Below are positions 27,258 through 37,263 of a stretch of 64,000 nt of DNA, piece after piece; within the stretch, counting starts at the first letter, position 1; each line of letters begins with the position of its first letter. Source of the DNA: Acidimicrobiia bacterium. Its GTDB lineage: Bacteria; Actinomycetota; Acidimicrobiia; Spongiisociales; ZC4RG35. Where the stretch lies: NCBI GenBank assembly GCA_041747375.1, contig JBGTFH010000048.1, forward strand, positions 240-64,239. Direction: 5' to 3'. Below the pieces are notes generated by a model. It ran no database searches and had not been told where the DNA came from. It worked only from the letters and a program-made list of their open reading frames with translations. The position numbers were made by a program, and so were the translations under genes.

Positions 27258-29513
27258 TTACAGGCTGGTAGGACCGACGGCGACCGGTTCCCGGCTTTCG
27301 GGTCGGGCCTGGTCGGATATTTCCATCTCCGGCTCGCCGAGCCTCGATTGACCCTCGATTTCGACTCTAGGCATGATCCGGTCGAGCCATTTCGGAATCC
27401 ACCAGTTGGCATCGCCCATCAATTTCATCGATGCCGGTACCAGGATCATCCTGACCACAGTTGCGTCGATGAAAATGGCAGTCGCCAGTCCGAGGCCCAC
27501 CATTTTGATCGACGGATCGGAGCCGAACACGAATCCGAGGAACACTGCGATCATTATCAGGGCGGCCGAACTGATCACCCGCGCCGTGCTAGCAATCCCG
27601 TGCACGACCGAACTCTCGTTGTCGCCGGTCTCGAGGTATTCCTCCTTCACCCTGGAGAGGAGAAACACCTCGTAATCCATAGACAGCCCGAACAGAACGG
27701 CGAACATGAACATCGGGATGAATGAAATAATCGGTGCCGTCGTCTCAAGCCCGATCAGGTTGGCGCCCCAACCCCATTGAAACACCATCACGAGTACCCC
27801 ATAGGCCGCGCCGATGCTGAGGAGGTTGAGCAGGGCCGCCTTGAGCGGCACGAGGATCGACCGGAAGACCACAGCCAGGAGGAGAAAGGACAACAAAACG
27901 ATGGCCAGGATGAAGAACGGCAGTCGATCGCTCACCTTCCCCGCGGTGTCGGTGACGACGGCTGTTTGCCCACCGACGTGGGCCCGGGCAGGGCTGCCCT
28001 CCAATACCTCAGGGAAAACCACGTTGCGCAGGCGATCGATCGTGGCGACCGTGCCTTCAGCCTGAGGTGCTGTAGTGGGAAAGGCCAGTATGGTGGCGAC
28101 TCCGGCATCCAAATTGATATCGGCCGGATTGACATCTGCGATCCCGCGATCAGCTTCGATGGCGTCGACCAGGGGCGCAACGACGGACGCGTCGTCTGAG
28201 ATATCGACGGCTATGACGAGTGGCCCATTGATACCCGGTCCGAAACCCGCAGCCACGAGGTCGTAGGCTCGCCGTTGTGTGGAGGACTCGGGCAACGTGC
28301 CTTCGTCGGGAAAACCGAGGCGAAGGTCGAGTACCGGGGAGGTCAGGCCGACCAGAACCAGCGTGACCCCGACGGCGTATTTCCATGCATGCCGCGAGAC
28401 GTGTTCCCCCCACGCCAACCATCTATGGCTTGCGCCGCTCAACCCGCTTCTGCTCGAGCGGCCCTTGCGGCTATTGATCCGGTGCCCGGCGACGCCAAGG
28501 AAGGCGGGGAGCAATGTGATTGATGCCAGCACCATGATCAGCACGATCAAGGAGGTGGCGACACCAGCCGCGGTCATGTAGGGGATTCCAGCCACTGCCA
28601 GCCCGAGAATGGCGATCACTACCGTTCCACCGGCGATCACGACGGCCTGGCCTGCGGTTGCAACGGCACGCCCCGCAGATTCCACCACGGTCATTCCGCT
28701 GGAGAGAAATTCCCTGTGACGTGTCACCAGAAATAGGGCGTAGTCGATACCGACACCGAGCCCGATCATCGCTGCCATCTCGGGTGCGAAGCTGGGTATC
28801 TCGACTAGATAGTTGAGGAGGGTCATTGCGCTGACCCCCAGGGCCAGACCAAAGATTGCAATACCGATCGGTAGGCCCATGGCGATGACAGAACCGAATG
28901 CAACCAGCAGGATTATGACCGCTGCGACGATGCCAATCAGCTCGGTGGCACCAGACGCCGGCTCCTCAAACGCCCAGAAGAGGTCTCCACTCGTTTCGAT
29001 CTGGAGCGGGTACTCCGCACTGGCATGGGCCGCCACCTCCTTGAGATTGTCGAGGTCGCCCGAACTCAACTCGGATAGCACCGGGTACTGGAGGCGGATC
29101 AAAACTACCCGCCCATCCGGTGAGACAGCCCCGCTGGCGATGGCGGTTTCGGTCCCGGTCGCCAGGGCGTCAGATGGTTCGTTGCTGGCCAGGACGTTGG
29201 GAAGCCGGGACGCAGCAGCCTCGACTCCCGCCAGGGCGGAGCGCGCTTCACTCGAGTTGAAAAAGGTGGCATCTGGATCCAACGGGGTGAGCACCAGTTG
29301 CGAGGTCAATCCCGCCTGGTCGGAGTGGGCCTGTGTCAGAAGGTCGGTGGCGTCTTGAGAGTCGAGTCCGGGCACGTCTGAAGAGTCGACCAGAGGGCGG
29401 CCGAATCCGGCCGACGCTGCGATGACGACGATGGCGAGGGCCATCCACGACCCGATCATCAGCCACGGGCGCGTCGCCGAAAACCGGCCCAGTCTGTAGA
29501 GGTTTTTAGACAC
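27258..29513 (-). CDS. MMPL (RND) family transporter
   Basis: GLGVGIDYALFLVTRHRE, FGPGINGPL, FGLSMDYEVFLLSR. Probable start is GTG 29513. Confidence 0.95.
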   Translation of the reverse strand: MSKNLYRLGRFSATRPWLMIGSWMALAIVVIAASAGFGRPLVDSSDVPGLDSQDATDLLTQAHSDQAGLTSQLVLTPLDPDATFFNSSEARSALAGVEAAASRLPNVLASNEPSDALATGTETAIASGAVSPDGRVVLIRLQYPVLSELSSGDLDNLKEVAAHASAEYPLQIETSGDLFWAFEEPASGATELIGIVAAVIILLVAFGSVIAMGLPIGIAIFGLALGVSAMTLLNYLVEIPSFAPEMAAMIGLGVGIDYALFLVTRHREFLSSGMTVVESAGRAVATAGQAVVIAGGTVVIAILGLAVAGIPYMTAAGVATSLIVLIMVLASITLLPAFLGVAGHRINSRKGRSSRSGLSGASHRWLAWGEHVSRHAWKYAVGVTLVLVGLTSPVLDLRLGFPDEGTLPESSTQRRAYDLVAAGFGPGINGPLVIAVDISDDASVVAPLVDAIEADRGIADVNPADINLDAGVATILAFPTTAPQAEGTVATIDRLRNVVFPEVLEGSPARAHVGGQTAVVTDTAGKVSDRLPFFILAIVLLSFLLLAVVFRSILVPLKAALLNLLSIGAAYGVLVMVFQWGWGANLIGLETTAPIISFIPMFMFAVLFGLSMDYEVFLLSRVKEEYLETGDNESSVVHGIASTARVISSAALIMIAVFLGFVFGSDPSIKMVGLGLATAIFIDATVVRMILVPASMKLMGDANWWIPKWLDRIMPRVEIEGQSRLGEPEMEISDQARPESREPVAVGPTSL

Positions 29514-29683
29514 GATCTTGCTCCTGTTGGGTCTCCCGGGAACTTGTTCCGGGTCTTGCCCCATCGTGTCGGACCCCCGCTCCGGGCACATCGGGCATTA
29601 GGCCATTGCTTCCCGGCCTTTCGGGCACCCGTGGATTCGTACTTTTGGATGATGCGCCGCACAGAATCCAGATTTACGCTGGC

Positions 29684-30832
29684 ATGGTGAGAAATGCCTG
29701 GAAAGCCCTGCTGGCGGAACCGCGCGCCACCCCGGATCCTCCCCGGCGGGTTTGGCGTGATTGGTTCTTGCTGTTTCTGGTGGTTGGACTGGCGATTCTC
29801 GAAGCCTTCCTACGAGACGATGTGATCTGGGAACCCCTGGCGTTGGCCACTGCCATTGGACTATCCGGCTCGTTGCTGTTTCGGCGCACCTATCCACTCG
29901 GGGCCCTGGCCTGGACATTTGGGGCTGTCGCCGTAATCGACATCGTGGCAATCGCCAGCGATCAGCCGCCGGCGGGCCTCTACACAATGGGATTTCTCCT
30001 CATCCTTCCCTATTCGCTTTTTCGATGGGGCTCGGGACGGGAGGTGGCGATCGGGATGCTCTTCATCGTCGCGGTTCTCGTATTGGGTATAGCGGCAGAT
30101 TTCACCGACTGGGTCGAGTCTATTTTTGGTGGGATGGTTCTTCTGTTTCCCGCTGTGCTCGGCGCCACCGTGAGGTTCAGGACCGGGGCCCGGGTTCAAG
30201 AGCTCGACCGGGTTCGTCTTCGGGAACGAGAACAGCTGGCTCGGGAGTTGCACGACACGGTTGCACATCATGTCTCAGCCATTGCGATTCAAGCCCAGGC
30301 CGGTCAAACCCTGGCGGGAACAGACCCGGAGGCGGCATTGCGCGCCCTGCAAATCGTTGAACAAGAGGCGTCGCGGACCCTGCTCGAAATGCGAACCATG
30401 GTCGGTGCCCTCCGCGATGATGAAGAACTCGATCTCGCCCCACAGCGGGGCATCGTCGACATCGAGCAACTCGCGGTCAACAACGGCCATGGTCCGGGAC
30501 TGAGTGTGGTTCGTGAGGGGGACCTCGACGATTTGGGGCAGCCTCTGGAGGCGGCGCTTTATCGTTTGGCCCAAGAATCGGTCACCAACGCCACCCGCCA
30601 TGCCCGCAACGCCAGCCTGGTACGTGTGGTCGTCTCCGCGGATCATGACCAAGTCCGCCTCCGGGTGAGTGACGACGGAGAACCGGTGGCCGTGACGAGA
30701 TCGCAACCCGGGTACGGGATCGTGGGGATGCAGGAACGGGTAAAGCTCCTCGGCGGCACCATCGAGGTCGGCCCCGGGGCCGATCGGGGTTGGGAAGTGG
30801 CGATCGAGCTACCCCGGAGGTCATTGTCATGA
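29684..30832 (+). CDS. HisKA_3 sensor histidine kinase
   Basis: TM region, ARELHDTVAHH, QESVTNATRHA, GYGIVGMQERV. Confidence 0.93.
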   Translation: MVRNAWKALLAEPRATPDPPRRVWRDWFLLFLVVGLAILEAFLRDDVIWEPLALATAIGLSGSLLFRRTYPLGALAWTFGAVAVIDIVAIASDQPPAGLYTMGFLLILPYSLFRWGSGREVAIGMLFIVAVLVLGIAADFTDWVESIFGGMVLLFPAVLGATVRFRTGARVQELDRVRLREREQLARELHDTVAHHVSAIAIQAQAGQTLAGTDPEAALRALQIVEQEASRTLLEMRTMVGALRDDEELDLAPQRGIVDIEQLAVNNGHGPGLSVVREGDLDDLGQPLEAALYRLAQESVTNATRHARNASLVRVVVSADHDQVRLRVSDDGEPVAVTRSQPGYGIVGMQERVKLLGGTIEVGPGADRGWEVAIELPRRSLS

Positions 30833-31485
30833 CCATTCGAGTGCTGGTTGCAGATGACCAGGACCTGGTCCGCACTGGATTGCAAATGATCCTCGACGCT
30901 CAGGAGGGCATCGAAGTCGTAGCGACGGCGTCCAATGGCAAGGAAGCAGTTGAACTCGCCCATCGACTACGCCCTGATGTCTGCCTGTTCGACATCCGGA
31001 TGCCTGAAATGGACGGTCTCGAGGCAACCCGCTTGTTGGCCGGCCCGGAGGTTCAAAATCCGTTGGCCGTGGTCGTAATCACCACGTTCGACCTCGATGA
31101 ATATGTCTATGGCGCCCTCAAGGCGGGTGCGCGCGGGTTTCTGCTCAAGGATGCTGGTCCCCAATTGCTCACTCAGGCAGTGCATGCCGCCGCGAATGGC
31201 GATGCCCTCATTGCCCCGGTGATAACTTCCCGTTTGCTCAAGGAATTCGCCCGCAGTCAATCAACTCGGGCTCCGGTGCAACCAATCGATCCGCTCACCA
31301 ATCGCGAGGAGGAGGTTCTCCTCACTGTGGCTCGCGGGAAAACCAACGCCGAGATTGCAGATGAGCTGTTCATAAGTGTGAGCACGGTCAAGGCCCACCT
31401 CTCCAGTCTGATGACAAAAATCGGTGCGCGGAACCGTGTCGAAATCGCCATCTGGGCCTACGAAACCGACCGCGTCCGGTCTTAG
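30829..31485 (+). CDS. NarL/LuxR family response regulator
   Basis: VLVADDQ, DIRMP, LTNREEEVL...TVKAHLS HTH. Confidence 0.95.
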   Translation: MTIRVLVADDQDLVRTGLQMILDAQEGIEVVATASNGKEAVELAHRLRPDVCLFDIRMPEMDGLEATRLLAGPEVQNPLAVVVITTFDLDEYVYGALKAGARGFLLKDAGPQLLTQAVHAAANGDALIAPVITSRLLKEFARSQSTRAPVQPIDPLTNREEEVLLTVARGKTNAEIADELFISVSTVKAHLSSLMTKIGARNRVEIAIWAYETDRVRS

Positions 31486-32060
31486 AGGAGACCCAACCGG
31501 TCCAGCTTCTCGTAGTCTCCGACAGTATTGATGTTCAGCAGTGTCCGGGCTTCGCGGGACGGAACCATCACCGCCGCGAAACTCAACTCGGCCCACAGGG
31601 AGTGGAGGTCGAGACGCCCATCATCGAGCGCAGATCTGACCATTGGGAGAGCGGTGGACCCGATTCGCACGGGAAGGGTCTCCATCCGGTCGGACCCCTC
31701 GACCCCAAAAATGGTCACGGGAGTAACGACGGATTCGGTGAGCCTTCGGAAGAGGCTCGTGGTCACAAGTGGCATATCGACAGGGCACACCAAATATTCC
31801 GTGTCCACACTCGAGGCTAGAAGGGCCTCGATGCCACCGAGTGGCCCATAGCCTCTGCGGAGGTCGGGAATTCGTCGGAAGTCGGACTCAGCGGAACCGA
31901 CGACGACCACCTCCCGACACACCTGCTCCAACCGCCCGGCCACCGATTCGAGAAATGTGACACCGTTGCTCAGGGTGAGTTGGTGCTTGGGAGATCCGAA
32001 CCGGATACTTTGTCCGCCCGCAAGGACTGCCCCGGTATGGGGCCACTTGCCATCAATCAA
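31482..32060 (-). CDS. mobA: Molybdenum cofactor guanylyltransferase
   Basis: VLAGGQSIRFGSPK, GPLGGI, PVDMP, NINT. Start approximate. Confidence 0.85.
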   Translation of the reverse strand: MIDGKWPHTGAVLAGGQSIRFGSPKHQLTLSNGVTFLESVAGRLEQVCREVVVVGSAESDFRRIPDLRRGYGPLGGIEALLASSVDTEYLVCPVDMPLVTTSLFRRLTESVVTPVTIFGVEGSDRMETLPVRIGSTALPMVRSALDDGRLDLHSLWAELSFAAVMVPSREARTLLNINTVGDYEKLDRLGLL

Positions 32061-32164
32061 GGCATGGTCCAAACGAGATGAGCATCCGGGCCACGAGGGT
32101 CCTTTCGTTTCTCTGGATACAGCCACGGCAGCGTGTCGCCGTTGGCCAACGGTACTCTGCCGCC

Positions 32165-33772
32165 ATGCCTGCTAGCCATGCTGACTTCGTTTTCGTCAAC
32201 GGTCGGATCTTTACCTCGGATCGGTCGATGCCCTTTGCTGATTCGGTCGGGGTGAAGGATGACATTGTGATCTCGGTCGGTGATGCCGACCAGTTTGTGG
32301 GTCCGAAAACGGAGGTGGTCGAACTCGATGGTGCACTGCTAACCCCGGGCTTTATCGACGCACATGTCCACGTCACGACGAGTGGCCTCGACAAGTTGCG
32401 GGTTTCGTTTGATGATTGTGATGACGCCGCGGATGCGCTGGATTCGATCGGTCGCTATGCCGCCGGGAATCCGGACGCCCCGTGGATCATCGGCTCCGGA
32501 TGGTCGCAAGCCTGGTTCGAACGGGGATGCCCCTCGGCAGAGGCGCTCGACCGAGTCGTCGCCGACCGTCCGGTACTGGTTTGGAACCGGGACGGCCACG
32601 GTGCTTGGGCCAACTCTGCCGCCCTCGCCCTCGCAGGTATCAGTGGCCTCACCAGCGACCCGGTGGACGGGCGGATCGAGCGGCTCGCCGACGGATCGCC
32701 GCAGGGCACCCTCCACGAGGGTGCGGTGCAGCTTGTCGAGAAGCACGCGCCGGAAGACACCGTCGACGAATTTGTCAGCGGTCTCCTTCGCGGTCAGGAA
32801 GAGATGTTCCGCTATGGAATCACCGGTTGGCAGGAGGCATCGGTGATTCCGCCGGTGCAGGAGGCGTACCTCCGGGTTGCCGGAGGTGGTCGGTTGATCG
32901 GCGACGCTGTGGGCGCCCTGTGGTGGGACCGACACCGTGGCATGGAACAGGTTGATGATCTGATTGAGCGTCGGTCCAGATCGGCGCCGGGTTTTCGCCC
33001 GACCACGGTGAAGCTGATGCTCGACGGTGTGGCGGAGAATTACACGGCCTCGCTGCTCGATTCATATCTCGATGGTAGGGGTGCGATGACAGGAAACACC
33101 GGGGTTGATTTCATCGACCCCGACGAACTGAAGCAGATCGTGTCTGTGCTCGACACTCATGGCTTCCAGTGCCACTTCCACTGTCTCGGGGACCGCGCGG
33201 TCCGTAGTGCTCTGGATGCCGTGGAGGCAGCCCTCGATGTCAATGGGCTGACAGACAATCGTCACCATCTTGCACACCTCCAGTTCGTCCATCCCGACGA
33301 TCTTCCCCGATTTGCCCCCTTGCACGCGGTCGCCAATGCCCAGCCTCTGTGGGCCTGCGCCGACGAGTACCAGCTCGAACTGACCAAGCCATACGTGAGC
33401 GCCGAGCGATTTGACTGGCAGTACCCCTTCGGATCGTTGCTCTCCAATGGGGCGACCCTCGCCATGGGCAGCGATTGGAGTGTCTCCACGGCAAATGTGA
33501 TGGAGGAGATTGCCGTTGCCATCAGTCGGCGAAGCTCCCACGATGGGGAAGCTTTGGATTTGTCAGAGGCGATCAGCCCTGAGGCCGCCCTAACCGCCTT
33601 CACTATGGGCTCGGCTTTCGTCAATCATGTCGAAACCGCACGGGGTTCTCTTGTCGCGGGCAAGAAAGCCGATCTGGCGGTGTTTGACCGCGATCCATTT
33701 CCAGATGGATCATTCCGTGAGACGAAGGTCGAGCTCACAATGGTGGAAGGAGTGGTCGTCTACGAGTCCTGA
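32165..33772 (+). CDS. Amidohydrolase (YtcJ-like, Amidohydro_3)
   Basis: PGFIDAHVH, KLMLDG, HCLGDRA, HLAHLQ, GSDW, GKKADL. Leaderless -10 TACTCT. Confidence 0.92.
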   Translation: MPASHADFVFVNGRIFTSDRSMPFADSVGVKDDIVISVGDADQFVGPKTEVVELDGALLTPGFIDAHVHVTTSGLDKLRVSFDDCDDAADALDSIGRYAAGNPDAPWIIGSGWSQAWFERGCPSAEALDRVVADRPVLVWNRDGHGAWANSAALALAGISGLTSDPVDGRIERLADGSPQGTLHEGAVQLVEKHAPEDTVDEFVSGLLRGQEEMFRYGITGWQEASVIPPVQEAYLRVAGGGRLIGDAVGALWWDRHRGMEQVDDLIERRSRSAPGFRPTTVKLMLDGVAENYTASLLDSYLDGRGAMTGNTGVDFIDPDELKQIVSVLDTHGFQCHFHCLGDRAVRSALDAVEAALDVNGLTDNRHHLAHLQFVHPDDLPRFAPLHAVANAQPLWACADEYQLELTKPYVSAERFDWQYPFGSLLSNGATLAMGSDWSVSTANVMEEIAVAISRRSSHDGEALDLSEAISPEAALTAFTMGSAFVNHVETARGSLVAGKKADLAVFDRDPFPDGSFRETKVELTMVEGVVVYES

Positions 33773-34949
33773 CTCTGCCGTCTTCCTCCCGGAGCGTTTC
33801 GTCGCCGGAGGCGACGCTCTGGCACACCAGGCCGATGGCCGCATCGCATTTATCCGGGGCGGAGTTCCCGGCGATGAGGTCGTGGCCAGGGCTGAGAGGG
33901 TCGGAAGCGACTGGTCGAGGTTTGTCGTTGATGAAGTGCGCAGGCCATCGCCCGCTCGGGTTGTCCCTCCTTGCCAACAGAGACGTGATGGCTGCGGTGG
34001 ATGTGATTGGCAACATGTCGACCCACGTGTGCAGCTCCGCTCCAAGGTCGAGATCGTCCGGGACGCGATGAGACGCACGGCCAATCTTCCCGATGCCGAC
34101 ATCCGGGAGGGGGAAAGCGTCGGGCATGAGGGATACCGAACCACGGTGCGGGTGATCGGCGATGCTCAAGGGGTTCCGTCATTCCGTCTGGAGCGGTCAC
34201 ACGACCTGATCGGGTCGCACCCGTGCTTGGTGTCGCATCCTCTGCTCCAGCCCATCCTCGCATCGGCGCTGATGCCCCCGGGACTGGAGATGGTATTGCG
34301 GGTCTCGGTGGCATCAGGCGAGGCAACCGCATCATGGAATCCCAAACAGGGTGATGTGTCCGGATTGCCCGACCATGTCAGGACAGGGCCGGATGCACTT
34401 CTGACCGAGTCGGTGGCGGGGTATTCGTTTCGGGTGTCATCACGATCGTTTTTTCAGAGCGGCCCTGAGGCGGCCCAGCTCCTCGTCTCCTCAGTTGGTC
34501 GGCTCATTCCGGAGCTCGCCGATGCCGACATCGTGCTCGATGCATATGCCGGTGTTGGGCTCTTCGCCCTCGCTGCTACCTCTGAAAAAGGCCGCCTCAT
34601 CGTCCTCGAGTCGTCCCCGTTCGCCATCTCCGATGCGCAGGTGAACCTCAAAAACCGGATCAGCCATATCGAGCGGGTGGATGTCGGCAGGTGGCGATAT
34701 CAATTGGAGCCGAATGTGGACGTGGCGATCGCGGACCCCGCCCGCCAGGGACTGCGTAAACAAGGCGTTGATGCACTCGTCTCTACCAGGGCTCCGCTGG
34801 TTGTTCTGGTCAGCTGTGACCCCGTGGCAATGGCCCGGGACACCGCGCTACTGGGTGATTCCGGGTACAGACATGACGGCACCGAGGTGCATGATGTCTT
34901 CCCTCACACCCATCATGTGGAGTGTGTCACCCGGTTCGTTCTGACTTAG
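33762..34949 (+). CDS. TRAM-domain RNA m5U methyltransferase (RlmD/RumA-like)
   Basis: GGDALA..DGR..F..G.VPG, C....GCGGCDWQH, SFFQS, LDAYAGVG, DPARQG, VSCDP, DVFPHTHHVE. Start is ambiguous (ACG 33762 behind an SD, or ATG 33705). Confidence 0.88.
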   Translation, partial: TSPDSAVFLPERFVAGGDALAHQADGRIAFIRGGVPGDEVVARAERVGSDWSRFVVDEVRRPSPARVVPPCQQRRDGCGGCDWQHVDPRVQLRSKVEIVRDAMRRTANLPDADIREGESVGHEGYRTTVRVIGDAQGVPSFRLERSHDLIGSHPCLVSHPLLQPILASALMPPGLEMVLRVSVASGEATASWNPKQGDVSGLPDHVRTGPDALLTESVAGYSFRVSSRSFFQSGPEAAQLLVSSVGRLIPELADADIVLDAYAGVGLFALAATSEKGRLIVLESSPFAISDAQVNLKNRISHIERVDVGRWRYQLEPNVDVAIADPARQGLRKQGVDALVSTRAPLVVLVSCDPVAMARDTALLGDSGYRHDGTEVHDVFPHTHHVECVTRFVLT

Positions 34950-35029
34950 GTGACGCCGCTAGCGTGCCGATAACTAGGTCAACCATCCCCAACCCAGTGG
35001 CGCGATCATCGCGGCCACGGAGGCACAAA

Positions 35030-36013
35030 ATGAAACCAGAGGACAACTCAAGTCGGCGGTCGCTCGCGTCGGTCCTCGATGAAGCGAACCACGGGAAGTC
35101 GGGTCGCCGGACATTCCCGACCGGATTCCCCCTCCTCGATCGAGTGATAGGGGGAGGCCTGCGGAGCCGGAATCTCACCCTGATCGGTGGGGCACCCGGT
35201 ATCGGGAAAACAGTTACCACCCTGCAATGGGCGCGGAACCTGGCTGTCGATGGTGCTTCGGTTGTGTTCGTTTGTTACGAGCACGATGAGGCAACGTTGA
35301 TGTCCCGACTGCTCCACCTCGAACTCGGGGAGTTGCCACCGGATGAGCGGGCAGGAGAGGCGGGCCGGCACGCCCGCAAACTCCTTGCCCAGGTCTCAGA
35401 GGGCAGCATGACGCTGTCTGAAGCGGTCATCAAAGCGCCGGCCCTGGACGAGCCTTACCGCCAGATTCAAAAATATGCAGACCGCCTCTGGCTGGTGCGC
35501 GCATCGGGCTCGACCACCACACTCGACGAATTGTCCAATCTGGTTAGCAGAGACACCGACGCGCTGTTTGTCGACTATCTCCAGAAGGTCCCCCTCACCA
35601 AGGACATCCCCGACGAGCGGGAGCGAATAGTCCAGGTGAGCCAGGGTCTGAAGGATCTGGCGATGCGAGAGAACATCGCGGTAGTCGCGGTGTCGGCGGC
35701 CGACAAGGAAGGACTCGAAGCACCCCGCCTCCGGATGCACCACCTGCGGGGGTCTTCTGCAGTCAGCTACGAGGCAGACGTCATCATCATTCTCAATGAG
35801 AAGTTCGGCGTGGTCAGCCGACAACAACTGACGCACGACTTGACGGCAGCCGAAAGCCACAAACACCGCCTGATATTCACGATCGAAAAAAACCGCGAGG
35901 GCGCCGACATGATCGATCTCGAGTTCACCAAACAGTTTGACTACTTGCGTGTCGACCCCACCGGTGGCCGAGTTGCCGAACGTCTCATCGACGAACGGAT
36001 CATCAAGGAATAG
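35030..36013 (+). CDS. Stand-alone DnaB-like helicase C-terminal (RecA-fold) ATPase
   Basis: PTGFPLLD..GG, Walker A GAPGIGKT, LFVDYLQ, LRGSS..YEADV, EKNREG. No DnaB N-terminal domain. Confidence 0.85.
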   Translation: MKPEDNSSRRSLASVLDEANHGKSGRRTFPTGFPLLDRVIGGGLRSRNLTLIGGAPGIGKTVTTLQWARNLAVDGASVVFVCYEHDEATLMSRLLHLELGELPPDERAGEAGRHARKLLAQVSEGSMTLSEAVIKAPALDEPYRQIQKYADRLWLVRASGSTTTLDELSNLVSRDTDALFVDYLQKVPLTKDIPDERERIVQVSQGLKDLAMRENIAVVAVSAADKEGLEAPRLRMHHLRGSSAVSYEADVIIILNEKFGVVSRQQLTHDLTAAESHKHRLIFTIEKNREGADMIDLEFTKQFDYLRVDPTGGRVAERLIDERIIKE

Positions 36014-36121
36014 CTCAGAGCTTCCGAAGGGTCGACCAAAAGTCCGTCACTCCGGTCAGGGTGAGCCCGGAATCCTCGATATTTACAGCATGCTTATGGC
36101 CGCCTGGCCATGATGGGCCTG

Positions 36122-36703
36122 ATGAAGCGCTCAACGAGTCTTCTTGCCTTTGTCGTCCTGCTCGGCGCTTGCGCCGGGGTCGACCCGATTTCGAACCCAT
36201 CGGGCCCGTTGGAAGAACCGGAGGCGCCGCCCGAGACCTCTGCCTCGGCCGACACCATCCCGAATCTCGGCCCTCACAAGGAATTAGTTGAAATCGACGG
36301 CTGGCTGCAATCCGATGTCTCGTCTTTGGAGGAGCTGAAGGGGAAGGTCGTCGTCGTCTGGTTCTGGACTTTCGGTTGCTACAACTGCAAGAACACCCTG
36401 CCCAACCTCCGTGAGCTCTACGCCAAGCACCAGGGGGAGGACTTCGAGATCGTCGGAATCCATGCGCCAGAGTTCGACTATGAAGCCGACGTCGACAACA
36501 TAAAAGAGGCTGCAGGAGAACTCGCCGTCACCTGGCCGATCGTCCTCGACACCAAGAAGCGGACCTTCCACTCATGGCAGGGACCCCGCGCCTACTGGCC
36601 GCGCACCTACGTGCTCGACCGGGATGGGAACATCCGTTTTGACCAGATCGGCGAAGGCAAATACGCGGAGCTCAACGAGGTCGTGGCAACACTGCTCGGA
36701 TGA
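36122..36703 (+). CDS. Redoxin/thioredoxin lipoprotein (DipZ C-terminal-like)
   Basis: Lipobox LGAC, FWTFGCYNC, GIHAPEF, YWP, IGEGKY. Confidence 0.88.
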   Translation: MKRSTSLLAFVVLLGACAGVDPISNPSGPLEEPEAPPETSASADTIPNLGPHKELVEIDGWLQSDVSSLEELKGKVVVVWFWTFGCYNCKNTLPNLRELYAKHQGEDFEIVGIHAPEFDYEADVDNIKEAAGELAVTWPIVLDTKKRTFHSWQGPRAYWPRTYVLDRDGNIRFDQIGEGKYAELNEVVATLLG

Positions 36704-37263
36704 TTGGAGCAATCCTCGAAGGCATAACCCAGTCTCTCCTGCCCTGTTCGTGGATACTGCTGGTGCCGGCCGTGGGTATCGGCGTGGCGTTGCCCGGGGT
36801 CCGCGTGCTGGCTGCGATGTTCTCCGCATCACTGGGATTTGCCTGGCTGGCAGTAAGTGGATGGTGGGTCCTTCCGCTGCCACTCTCCGGTTTGCTGATC
36901 GTTGTTGGGGCGGTCCTTTGGTGGTATAGGGATTTGGACATCTGGTCCTCGGCGCTGATCGGTGCTGGAGCGGCCGCGGCTTGGCAACCCTGTGTAGGCA
37001 CGGAGCTGGGCGCTGTCCTCAATCTGGCTCAGACCGACCCTCTTGCCGCCGCTCCGGGCCTGGCTGCTTTCATTCTCGGCGTGTTGGCAGTCGGGTTTGG
37101 CATCGGATGGGCAATCGGCCATTTTCTCCCAAACCGGTTTTCAAATCCTGCCGTCCGGGCCGTCGCGGTTGTCATAGGAGCTACCGGCGTGTCGATGATC
37201 GTCGGTTTGTACCCGGCGCTTTCCTCCACACTCGCCGGATGGAGCTACTCCCTCTGGGCTTAG
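36700..37263 (+). CDS. ccdA: CcdA/DsbD-beta-like membrane electron transporter
   Basis: Six hydrophobic helices and two PC motifs (LLPCS, WQPCVG); coupled to the redoxin gene. Confidence 0.7.
   Translation: MIGAILEGITQSLLPCSWILLVPAVGIGVALPGVRVLAAMFSASLGFAWLAVSGWWVLPLPLSGLLIVVGAVLWWYRDLDIWSSALIGAGAAAAWQPCVGTELGAVLNLAQTDPLAAAPGLAAFILGVLAVGFGIGWAIGHFLPNRFSNPAVRAVAVVIGATGVSMIVGLYPALSSTLAGWSYSLWA

Noticed and set aside
29583-29627. Three CGGGCA repeats between the MMPL and kinase genes as a response-regulator site
   Set aside because: Plausible, but short, GC-rich and irregularly spaced; not distinguishable from chance by eye.
35030-36013. DnaB-like gene as a sign of a prophage or plasmid
   Set aside because: No integrase, primase, structural genes or att repeats; flanked by housekeeping-type genes.
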